Below the pieces are notes generated by a model. The model made no database searches, was not told the DNA's origin, and saw only the letters and a program-made list of their open reading frames with translations. The position numbers and the translations under genes were made by a program. DNA of 64,000 nucleotides. Source: an uncultured Alphaproteobacteria bacterium. GTDB lineage: Bacteria; Pseudomonadota; Alphaproteobacteria; Rhizobiales; Xanthobacteraceae. Shown in pieces: positions 46,496-53,712 of the stretch (position 1 is the stretch's first letter; the number at the start of each line of letters is the position of its first letter). The stretch lies in assembly GCA_963840055.1 (NCBI GenBank), contig CAWIXM010000045.1:79971-143970 (forward strand), in the 5' to 3' direction.

Positions 46496-47125
46496 ATGAC
46501 CGAGCTCGACATCTACCGGCGGCAAAATTTCGGCAACAGCAGCGGATTCGGCCGACGGCCGGCGCTGCTCATCATCGATTTCCAGGTCGGCTTTGCCGAC
46601 CCGGCTCATTTGGGCGGCGGCAATATCAAAGAGGCAATCGCGCGCACGACCGGGCTGCTCGAACGGTTCCGCGTCTGGCGCCTGCCAATCGCCTTCACCC
46701 GCACCGTCTACGCCGAGGACGGCTCCGACGCCGGTGTCTTTTGCTTAAAGGCGCCCGGCCTGCGCACGCTGACCGAGGACGCGCCGATCAGCCAGATCGT
46801 GCCGGAGTTGGCACCCCGGCCCGGCGAGCACGTCATGCGCAAGACTCAGCCCTCCGCTTTCTTCGGCACCGACTGCGCGCCTTGGTTGGCCTTCCGGGGC
46901 GCCGACACGGTCGTGGTTACGGGTTGCACCACCTCGGGCTGCGTGCGCGCATCGGTCATCGATTCGATGAGCAACAATTTCCGCACCGTCGTCGTCCGCG
47001 ATTGCGTCGGTGACCGCGCGCTCGGCCCCCACGAGGCCAATCTCTTCGACATGGCGCAGAAATACGCCGACGTCATGGACCGCGACGAAACCCTCGCCGT
47101 CCTCGACAAGCTAGTCACCGCCTGA
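46496..47125 (+). CDS. isochorismatase-family cysteine hydrolase (N-carbamoylsarcosine amidase-like)
   Basis: Contains ALLIIDFQ, and the catalytic Cys lies in VVVTGCTTSGCVRAS. Confidence 0.85.
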   Translation: MTELDIYRRQNFGNSSGFGRRPALLIIDFQVGFADPAHLGGGNIKEAIARTTGLLERFRVWRLPIAFTRTVYAEDGSDAGVFCLKAPGLRTLTEDAPISQIVPELAPRPGEHVMRKTQPSAFFGTDCAPWLAFRGADTVVVTGCTTSGCVRASVIDSMSNNFRTVVVRDCVGDRALGPHEANLFDMAQKYADVMDRDETLAVLDKLVTA

Positions 47126-47812
47126 TCAGGCCGCCTCGGAACGCTCCTCTGCAAGCCGGCGGAACCGCACCAGGGTGTAGACACCGAACGGCTTGACCGG
47201 ACGACGCTCGATCAGCTCCGCGCCGCCGTGATTGCGCGCCCAGGCGGCGAGCCGGGCGAACGGGAACTCCGGGCGCAGCCCGAGCGCCCGCGCCGGTTGC
47301 GCGCACCAGCGCTCGATCGCAGCGGTGACGCCGGTCTCCGAGTAAAGATGATTCACCAGGATGATTTCACCGCCTGGCCGCACCACCCGCGCGCATTCGG
47401 TCAGCACGCGTTCGGCGTCGGCCACCAATGTGATGACGAATTGCGCTACGACGCAGTCGAAGACGCCGTCGGGAAAGGCGAGGTTCTCCGCATCCATCAC
47501 CATGACCGATTTCACGTGGGGGTATTGCCCGCCGGCGAGCCGCGCCCGCGCCTTGGCGACCATCGGCTCCGACAAATCGATTCCGATGATCTCCGTCGTG
47601 TGGTCGTAGTCGGAAAAGGACAGGCCGGTGCCGACCCCGACTTCGAGGATACGCCCGCCGACCGCGCGGGCGGCAGTGGCGGCGGCGTGCCGGCCGGTCT
47701 CGAAGATCGGTCCGCAGATTGCGTCATAGAGAGGCGCCCAGCGCGCATAGGCCTTCTCGATCACGTGACGGTCGGGATCGGACAATTCGCGCAGACGCAC
47801 AAGCTTTGCCAT
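47126..47812 (-). CDS. class I SAM-dependent methyltransferase, Rhodobacter-type phospholipid N-methyltransferase (PmtA)-like
   Basis: Contains KAYARWAPLYDAICGPIFETGR, the SAM motif ILEVGVGTGL, IGIDLSEPM, and MDAENLAFPDGVFDCVVAQFV. This resembles my recollection of R. sphaeroides PmtA. Confidence 0.6.
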   Translation of the reverse strand: MAKLVRLRELSDPDRHVIEKAYARWAPLYDAICGPIFETGRHAAATAARAVGGRILEVGVGTGLSFSDYDHTTEIIGIDLSEPMVAKARARLAGGQYPHVKSVMVMDAENLAFPDGVFDCVVAQFVITLVADAERVLTECARVVRPGGEIILVNHLYSETGVTAAIERWCAQPARALGLRPEFPFARLAAWARNHGGAELIERRPVKPFGVYTLVRFRRLAEERSEAA

Positions 47813-47871
47813 GCGGATACTCCGGGCTTCGTCAGTTCAAGCTAATTGAAGGGGAAATCGCGTGGCGCGAA

Positions 47872-48780
47872 TCACGCAGCCTGGGCGGCGACGGCCGCCG
47901 GCTCACGCTCATCGAGCCGTTCGGCGCGCGTCCAGGTGATGATTTCGAACTGTCCGTCATGGTGCTCGGCGATGGCGGTGCAGCTCTCGACCCAATCGCC
48001 GCAATTGACGTAATGCACGCCGAAGGAGTGATGCATCGTGGCATGGTGAATATGGCCGCAGATCACGCCATCGACGCCGTGACGCTCCGCTTCCGTCGCC
48101 AGCGTCCGCTCGAAGTCGCCGATGTAATTGACCGCATTCTTCACCTTGAACTTCGCCCATTTCGACAGTGACCAGTAGCCGAAACCGAGACGGCGCCGGA
48201 TGCTGTTGAACAGGCGATTGACCGTAATGGAAAAGTCATAAGCCTTGTCGCCGAGCAAGGCAAGCCAGCGGGCCTGGGTGACGACCAGATCGAAATTGTC
48301 CCCGTGAATGACGAGATAACGATGTCCGGTCGGCGAGGCATGGATGGCGTGCTCGGCGACTTCAATGCCGCCGAAATGAGTGCCGTAATAGCCGCGCAGG
48401 AACTCGTCGTGATTGCCGGGCACGTATACGATGCGCGCCCCCTTGCGGCTCTTGCGCAATAGTTTTTGCACGACGTCATTATGCGGCTGCGGCCAATACC
48501 AGGTCGACTTGAGATGCCATCCGTCGACGATGTCGCCGACGAGATAGATCGTTTCCGCGTCGTGCCAACGCAGAAAATCAAGCAGCCGATCGGCCTGGCA
48601 TCCGCGCGTGCCGAGATGCACGTCGGAGATGAAAAGCGTCCGGAACTTCCGCAGTCCGGTTTCCACCGTTGCGCTTGCCCCCGTTGAGTCTTCGGTCTGT
48701 GTCTGGCAGAGTCCTGTTGCGATTACATGACGGCGCCTTGCGTCGCATGCGGCACGCCAATTCAACGTGACCATTGTCAT
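47872..48780 (-). CDS. LpxH-like metallophosphoesterase, PlcP-type phospholipase C candidate (start uncertain; alternative GTG at 48666)
   Basis: All calcineurin-like motifs are present: FISDVHLG, VGDIVDGW, GNHDEF, IHGD and CGHIHHA. The N-terminal 40 aa of the listed ORF are not conserved-looking. Confidence 0.7.
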   Translation of the reverse strand: MTMVTLNWRAACDARRRHVIATGLCQTQTEDSTGASATVETGLRKFRTLFISDVHLGTRGCQADRLLDFLRWHDAETIYLVGDIVDGWHLKSTWYWPQPHNDVVQKLLRKSRKGARIVYVPGNHDEFLRGYYGTHFGGIEVAEHAIHASPTGHRYLVIHGDNFDLVVTQARWLALLGDKAYDFSITVNRLFNSIRRRLGFGYWSLSKWAKFKVKNAVNYIGDFERTLATEAERHGVDGVICGHIHHATMHHSFGVHYVNCGDWVESCTAIAEHHDGQFEIITWTRAERLDEREPAAVAAQAA

Positions 48781-48791
48781 TGCGCCGTCAC
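48774..48791 (+). promoter_or_regulatory. Pho-box-like direct repeat (candidate PhoB site)
   Basis: TTGTCAT-TGCG-CCGTCAC compared with the E. coli consensus CTGTCAT-N4-CTGTCAY matches 6 of 7 positions in each half with the correct 11-bp register. It lies about 25 nt upstream of the GT21 ATG at 48816. Confidence 0.35.
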
Positions 48792-48815
48792 ACCGGCGTT
48801 GTACTCGCGCCGTTG

Positions 48816-49946
48816 ATGACCCTGATGATTCTCGCTGCTCTATTCTGCGGCTTAGCCATCCTCTTTCACGTTCTCAGCATCGTTGCGGCCGCGATTCGCT
48901 GTAAGGCGCGCTCGGACGCGCTGCCGGCGCCGATCGATGCGCCGCCGGTGACGATCATTCGTCCGGTGTGCGGCGTCGAGAATCACATCACCGAAACGTT
49001 GCAGTCGACCTTCAAGCTCGATTATCCCGACTATGAGACGATCTTCTGCGCCGCTTCGGCGAAGGACCCGATCGTGCCCATCGTCGAGGAGCTGCTCCGC
49101 AAACACCCGCGCGCCCGCGCGCGTCTGCTGGTCGGCGACGAGCGAATCAGCACCAACCCCAAACTCAACAATTGCGTCAAAGGCTGGAGAGCGGCCACCC
49201 ACGATTGGATCATCATCGCCGATAGCAATGTTCTGATGCCTCCCGACTACATTCAGCGGCTGTTCGCGCCATGGACGGAGAAGACCGGGCTGGTTTGCGC
49301 GCCGCCGATCGGCGGACGGCCGGAGGGCTTCTGGGCCGAACTCGAATGCGCATTCCTCAACACGTATCAGGCGCGCGCGCAGTATTTCGCCGATACGGTG
49401 GGATTAGGCTTCGCGCAGGGCAAGACGATGTTCTGGCGTCGCGCCGTGCTCGAACAGGCGGGCGGGATTCGCGTGCTCGCGGCGGACCTCGCCGAGGACG
49501 CCGCGTCCACCAAGGTGGTGCGCGCGGCGGGTCGCAAGGTGCAACTGGTCGATCGGCCATTCGTGCAGCCGCTCGGCTATCGTAGCGCGCTCGACGTGTG
49601 GCGGCGGCAATCGCGCTGGTCGCGGCTGCGACGCGCCTGCTTTCCGCATTTCTTTCTGCCGGAAATCGCCACCGGCGGAATCTTTCCGATGATCGCCCTT
49701 GCTGTGTTCGTCCAGGGGATGGACTGGCCCGCAACTCCCTTCGTTCTTGCGCTCGGGCTTGCGTGGTACGGCGGCGAGGTCGCGCTCGCGCGGGTGGCCG
49801 GATGGCATCTGTCGCCGCTTTATCCGGTGCAGGCGCTGTTGCGCGACCTGCTGCTGCCCATCCTGTGGATCGACGGGCTGTTCGGTTCGAAGTTCAATTG
49901 GCGCGGCAACGCGATGAGCGTCGCCGTCGACAGTCAGACGGCGTAA
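48816..49946 (+). CDS. GT21/GT2 glycosyltransferase, ceramide-glucosyltransferase-like (Pgt-type glycolipid synthase candidate)
   Basis: An N-terminal TM segment is followed by VTIIRPVCG, IIADSNV and the Q/RxxRW motif QSRWSRLRR. The start is taken at the ATG at 48816; the listed TTG at 48774 is less likely. Confidence 0.7.
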   Translation: MTLMILAALFCGLAILFHVLSIVAAAIRCKARSDALPAPIDAPPVTIIRPVCGVENHITETLQSTFKLDYPDYETIFCAASAKDPIVPIVEELLRKHPRARARLLVGDERISTNPKLNNCVKGWRAATHDWIIIADSNVLMPPDYIQRLFAPWTEKTGLVCAPPIGGRPEGFWAELECAFLNTYQARAQYFADTVGLGFAQGKTMFWRRAVLEQAGGIRVLAADLAEDAASTKVVRAAGRKVQLVDRPFVQPLGYRSALDVWRRQSRWSRLRRACFPHFFLPEIATGGIFPMIALAVFVQGMDWPATPFVLALGLAWYGGEVALARVAGWHLSPLYPVQALLRDLLLPILWIDGLFGSKFNWRGNAMSVAVDSQTA

Positions 49947-49962
49947 CGCGACGCTGCCGCCG

Positions 49963-51018
49963 TCACGGCTCACGCGCCTCCAGCACCGCCTGCAGCGAAA
50001 TGCGCGACCAGGGCGCGATTCGGCTTTGGAACGCCGCATAGGAATCGCGCACCTTGCGCGCCATGTCGCCGCGCCGTCCGACTTCGGCGAGGATATCGGC
50101 CGCCTGCTGGCGCGCCGCAGTCATGATTTCCCCGGGGAAAGTCTTGAGTCGAACATTGTGGCGTTCGACCAGCGCGGCGAGCGCTTCGGCGTTGAGCCGC
50201 TCCATTTCGGCGAGCGCGAACGCGGCTTCCGCCGCGCCGGCGTGGGCAATAATCGCCTTCAATTCGGAATCGAGCGCGCTCCACGCCGTCAACGCGACGA
50301 TGCATTCGCCGGTCCCGTTCGGCTTGTTGAAGCCAGGGCCGTAGTAGAGCGGCGCGACTCGATATAGCCCGAGCGCGATGTCGGTGCCTGGTCCGACAAA
50401 CTCGGCGCCGTCGAGCACACCTGATTGCAGACTGGTCAGGATTTCTCCAGGCGAGGTCGTTTGCGGCGTTGCCCCAAGGCGGCGGTATACCTCGCCGCCG
50501 AGTCCAAGGGAGCGAATCTTGAGACCCCTCAAATCAGCGAGGCCATCGAGTTCCTGCCGGAACCAGCCGCCCATGCAGACCCCGGTGTTACCGCCCATGA
50601 AAGGCTTCACCCCGAACGGCGCATAAAGCTCATCCCACAGCGCCTGACCGCCTCCAGCCTCGACCCAGGCGACATGCTCGATCGGCGTCAGCCCGAATGG
50701 AACCGTGGTGTAGAACGCGGCTGCGGGCTGCTTCCCCTGCCAGTAGAAAGCGGCGGTGTGGCCCATTTCGGCGACGCCGCCGCCAACGGCGTCAAGCACC
50801 TCGAAGGCCGGCACCACCTCGCCCGCGGCATGCACGGTGATTTGCAGCCGCCCACCCGACAGCGCCGCGATGCGCTCGGCGATCCGCTCGGCCGACATGC
50901 CCGGCCCGGGCAGCCGCTTCGGCCAGGAGGTAACCATGCGCCAGCGCCGCGTCTGCGCGCGCGCGACGGACGGCGCGGCCAGCGCGGCAAGACCACCGCC
51001 GGCTGCCGATCGAAACAT
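49963..51018 (-). CDS. TRAP transporter substrate-binding protein (DctP family, COG4663-like)
   Basis: Contains WRMVTSWPK...GGRLQITVHAAGEVVPAFEVLDAV and FVGPGTDIALGLYRVAPLYYGPGF. The start is taken at the ATG at 51018, because the longer listed ORF runs through a repeat element. No DctQ or DctM gene is nearby. Confidence 0.8.
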   Translation of the reverse strand: MFRSAAGGGLAALAAPSVARAQTRRWRMVTSWPKRLPGPGMSAERIAERIAALSGGRLQITVHAAGEVVPAFEVLDAVGGGVAEMGHTAAFYWQGKQPAAAFYTTVPFGLTPIEHVAWVEAGGGQALWDELYAPFGVKPFMGGNTGVCMGGWFRQELDGLADLRGLKIRSLGLGGEVYRRLGATPQTTSPGEILTSLQSGVLDGAEFVGPGTDIALGLYRVAPLYYGPGFNKPNGTGECIVALTAWSALDSELKAIIAHAGAAEAAFALAEMERLNAEALAALVERHNVRLKTFPGEIMTAARQQAADILAEVGRRGDMARKVRDSYAAFQSRIAPWSRISLQAVLEAREP

Positions 51019-51067
51019 GCGTCGGCGAGTAATTCCTGGATTGCCGAGTCCGCTTACGCGGCCTTCG

Positions 51068-51171
51068 CCTCCCCCCTTGAGGGGGAGGTCGGATCGCGCA
51101 GCGATCCGGGAGGGGGGTGCTTGCTTGCGTAGATACCCCCCTCCCCAACCCTCCCCCTCAAGGGGGGAGGG
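51068..51171. repeat. G/C-rich nested-palindrome intergenic element (REP-like), second type
   Basis: It contains hairpins CCTCCCCC-CTTGA-GGGGGAGG, CGGATCGC-GCA-GCGATCCG and CCCTCCCCC-TCAA-GGGGGAGGG, plus the long-range pair GGGAGGGGGGT / ACCCCCCTCCCC. Confidence 0.75.
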
Positions 51172-51258
51172 AGGAAGGGCTATCGCCTGCGAATGATCGA
51201 CTGTAAAGAGGATCCGGCCATCTTTGTCGAACACTGCTTGCTCCTGTTCGCGCAGCAC

Positions 51259-52056
51259 TCACCACCAGGCATGCAGATGGTGGACCGGGCCATGGCCCGA
51301 CCCGATCGCGAGGCGGCCGGCCGCGGCGATCGCTCGGCTAATGAAATCCTTGGCGGCCCCAACCGCGTCGGTAAGCGCGGCGCCCTTGGCAAGCCCCGCG
51401 GCGATCGCCGCGGATAGCGTGCAACCGGAACCGTGGGTATTTTCGGTGGCGATGCGGCTCGCCGCAAAGCGCGCAACGCCTGCCCGCTCGACCAGAAGAT
51501 CGACGCACTCCGCCCCGGAGCCATGGCCACCCTTGATCAGCACCGCCTGAGCGCCGAGCGCGAGCAGCCGGTCCGCCTGCGCATGCATCTCCGCCTCGTT
51601 CGTGGCGACCCCAGTGTCAAGCAGCGCCGCCGCCTCGGGCAGATTGGGGGTAATCAGGCGCGCGCGCGGGAAGAGCCGGCGCTTCAGCGTCTCGACCGCC
51701 TCCGGAGCGAGGAGCCGCGCACCCGTCGCTGCCACCATCACGGGATCGAGCACGATTCTTTTCTGCCCATAGCGGTCAAGCCCTTCAGCCACCGCCTCGA
51801 TCGCCGCAGGGGTCGACAGCATGCCGATCTTGACCGCGTCCACTGCCAGGTCGGAAAATACCGCGTCGATCTGGGCGGCGATGAAGTCGGGCGGAACGTC
51901 ATGGATCGCGCTCACGCCCCGCGTGTTCTGCGCTGTCAGCGCCGCGATGACCGACGCGCCGTAGACGCCGAGCGCGGAGAACGTTTTCAGGTCCGCCTGA
52001 ATCCCTGCGCCGCCGCTCGAATCGGAGCCTGCAATGGTGACGGCGATGGCGGTCAT
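51259..52056 (-). CDS. thiD: bifunctional hydroxymethylpyrimidine/phosphomethylpyrimidine kinase
   Basis: Contains TIAGSDSSGGAGIQADLKTFSALGVYG, KIGML, and GTGCTLSAAIAAGLAKG-like HGSGCTLSAAIAAGLAKG. Confidence 0.93.
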   Translation of the reverse strand: MTAIAVTIAGSDSSGGAGIQADLKTFSALGVYGASVIAALTAQNTRGVSAIHDVPPDFIAAQIDAVFSDLAVDAVKIGMLSTPAAIEAVAEGLDRYGQKRIVLDPVMVAATGARLLAPEAVETLKRRLFPRARLITPNLPEAAALLDTGVATNEAEMHAQADRLLALGAQAVLIKGGHGSGAECVDLLVERAGVARFAASRIATENTHGSGCTLSAAIAAGLAKGAALTDAVGAAKDFISRAIAAAGRLAIGSGHGPVHHLHAWW

Positions 52057-52086
52057 GGTGACATTCTAAAAGGCTGATCGTTCGCA

Positions 52087-52857
52087 TCACGCGAACCTTG
52101 CGCGCGCAAGTAAGTCTGTTCGGTCAAGTCTATGTAGCGCGTCGATGATGCCCGTGGCGAGGCTGCCCGGCCCGCGAGCCGTCTCGGCCGCTATCTCGCC
52201 GGCAATGGACAGCGCGAGCACCCCGGTTCCCGTCGCCCGCCAAGGGTCGGGCTCCACCGCGAGGCAGGCCGCGACCAAACCCGCGCCGGCGCAGCCCATG
52301 GCAGTGACCAACGACATCCACGGATGGCCATTGGCGATGCGGATCGACTTCGCGCCATCGGTGACAAGATCGGTTTCTCCCGTCAGCGCGATCACTGCTC
52401 CGACGTCCCTCGCATAGCGAGCGGCGGCCGTCGCAGTGGCGCGGCTCGCAGCGATGGTCAGGAACTCACGATCATTGAGATGCATGGCTGTCGGCCGCAT
52501 ACGCACAAGCGCCTCGGCGAAAATGGCGCGTCCTTGCGAGCGGTCGATAAACACCGGGTCGAAAATCCAGCGCACGCCCAGTTCACTCGCCTTGTCGATC
52601 GCGATCCCGATCGCCTCACGGCGTGAGGCGTCGAGCGTTCCGAGATTGACAAGCATTGCGTCGGCGCCTCTGACGAAATCGGCGACCTCGTCGGGCGCGA
52701 TGGTCATCGTCGGCATGGCGCCAACCGCCAACAGTATATTGGCGGTGAACGTCTGCGCGACCGCGTTGGTGACGCAATGCACGCGTGGGCGGAGCTGGCG
52801 CAAGCGTCCAAGAATGTCGGCGGCGATTAACGGAAATTCGCCTTCCGGCGCACGCAT
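52087..52857 (-). CDS. thiM: hydroxyethylthiazole kinase
   Basis: Contains VHCVTNAVAQTFTANILLAVGAMPTM and GMGCAGAGLVAACLAV-type motifs. It lies downstream of a TPP riboswitch and upstream of thiD. Confidence 0.9.
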   Translation of the reverse strand: MRAPEGEFPLIAADILGRLRQLRPRVHCVTNAVAQTFTANILLAVGAMPTMTIAPDEVADFVRGADAMLVNLGTLDASRREAIGIAIDKASELGVRWIFDPVFIDRSQGRAIFAEALVRMRPTAMHLNDREFLTIAASRATATAAARYARDVGAVIALTGETDLVTDGAKSIRIANGHPWMSLVTAMGCAGAGLVAACLAVEPDPWRATGTGVLALSIAGEIAAETARGPGSLATGIIDALHRLDRTDLLARARFA

Positions 52858-52861
52858 CTCA

Positions 52862-52966
52862 AACTCCCTTCGCCGGCATGACCCGGATCAGGTTCGACGG
52901 GTTGGCCAAAGCCTCTCAGCCCGACGGCGAATTCCGTCGGACACCCCGTTGAGATCGCCCGTGAAA
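52862..52966 (-). promoter_or_regulatory. TPP (THI-box) riboswitch
   Basis: The minus strand reads CGGGGTGTCCGACGGAATTCGCCGTCGGGCTGAGAGGCTTTGGCCAACCCGTCGAACCTGATCCGGGTCATGCCGGCGAAGGGAG. This contains the conserved GGGGTG, CTGAGA, ACCTGATC-GG-T-ATGCC-GCG and AGGGA elements. The 3' GGGAG doubles as the thiM Shine-Dalgarno sequence. Confidence 0.9.
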
Positions 52967-53092
52967 GGCTAGTCATATATCTGTTCAGTTGCAAGGGGCC
53001 GCGGAGCGCGGGCGGGTCCCGGAGACTTGTCAAAACGCGGGAGTTTTGCTCGATTGCGCGATGTCGCCGAAAAAGGCGCGCGGGAGGCGGAA

Positions 53093-53329
53093 ATGGTTCC
53101 CTTTTTTATACAAATCAAGTGCCAGCTCGGCAAAGCCTACCAAGTCGCCAACCAACTCGCCGATGCCGAGATAGCATCGGAGATCTATTCGACGGCCGGC
53201 GACTTTGATCTCCTGGCGAAGTTCTATGTCGACCGCAACGTCGACATCGGCCACTTCGTCAACGAGAAGGTGCAGACGATCCCCGGCATTCAGGACACCC
53301 GCACCATCATCACCTTCAAGGCGTTCTGA
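53093..53329 (+). CDS. stand-alone Lrp/AsnC ligand-binding (RAM) domain protein, 78 aa
   Basis: The ATG at 53093 follows GGGAGG. The sequence is MVPFFIQIKCQLGKAYQVANQLAD.EIASEIYSTAGDFDLLAKFYV... Confidence 0.75.
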   Translation: MVPFFIQIKCQLGKAYQVANQLADAEIASEIYSTAGDFDLLAKFYVDRNVDIGHFVNEKVQTIPGIQDTRTIITFKAF

Positions 53330-53342
53330 CCGGGAACTGCAT

Positions 53343-53663
53343 CTATTTCGGCGGCGGCCGCGGACCCTCGACCGGCGGCAGCGACTTGAGATAGGCCGCC
53401 ATCGCCGCGCGATCTCCGGATGGAAGCTGCGACGTGTTGCGTACGACGTCGCGCATGTTTCCCCCGACCGAATCCCCCTTAGGCAATTCGCCGGTCTCCA
53501 ACAGATATTCGATGTCTTTGGCCGACCATTTGGCAAGGCCCTTCTGGGTGATGTTCGGCACCCACCCTTCGCCTTCCAGGTTGGGGCCGCCGGCGAAGCG
53601 CTGTCCCCCTTTCAAGCCGCCCAGCACGTCGCGAAAAGCGGCGGCAGCGCCGCATGCGATCAC
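53343..53663 (-). pseudogene. cytochrome c-like C-terminal remnant without CxxCH or signal peptide
   Basis: GGPNLEGEGWVPNITQKGLAKWSAKDIEYLLETGELPKGDSVGGNM....MAAYLKSLPP resembles the distal half of a class I cytochrome c domain. Where the heme motif is expected the sequence reads ACGAAAAF. Only 49 nt separate it from the upstream gene. Confidence 0.4.
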
Positions 53664-53712
53664 GATGCCGCGACACCTTTTGGCTATTCCAGCATTTTTG
53701 CGTGACCTAAAA

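Noticed and set aside
49963-51258. The full 431-aa version of the TRAP binding-protein ORF.
   Set aside because: The first 80 codons translate the G/C-rich palindromic repeat (PSPLEGEGWGGG...). The start was moved to 51018, with the caveat about a possible lost Tat motif.
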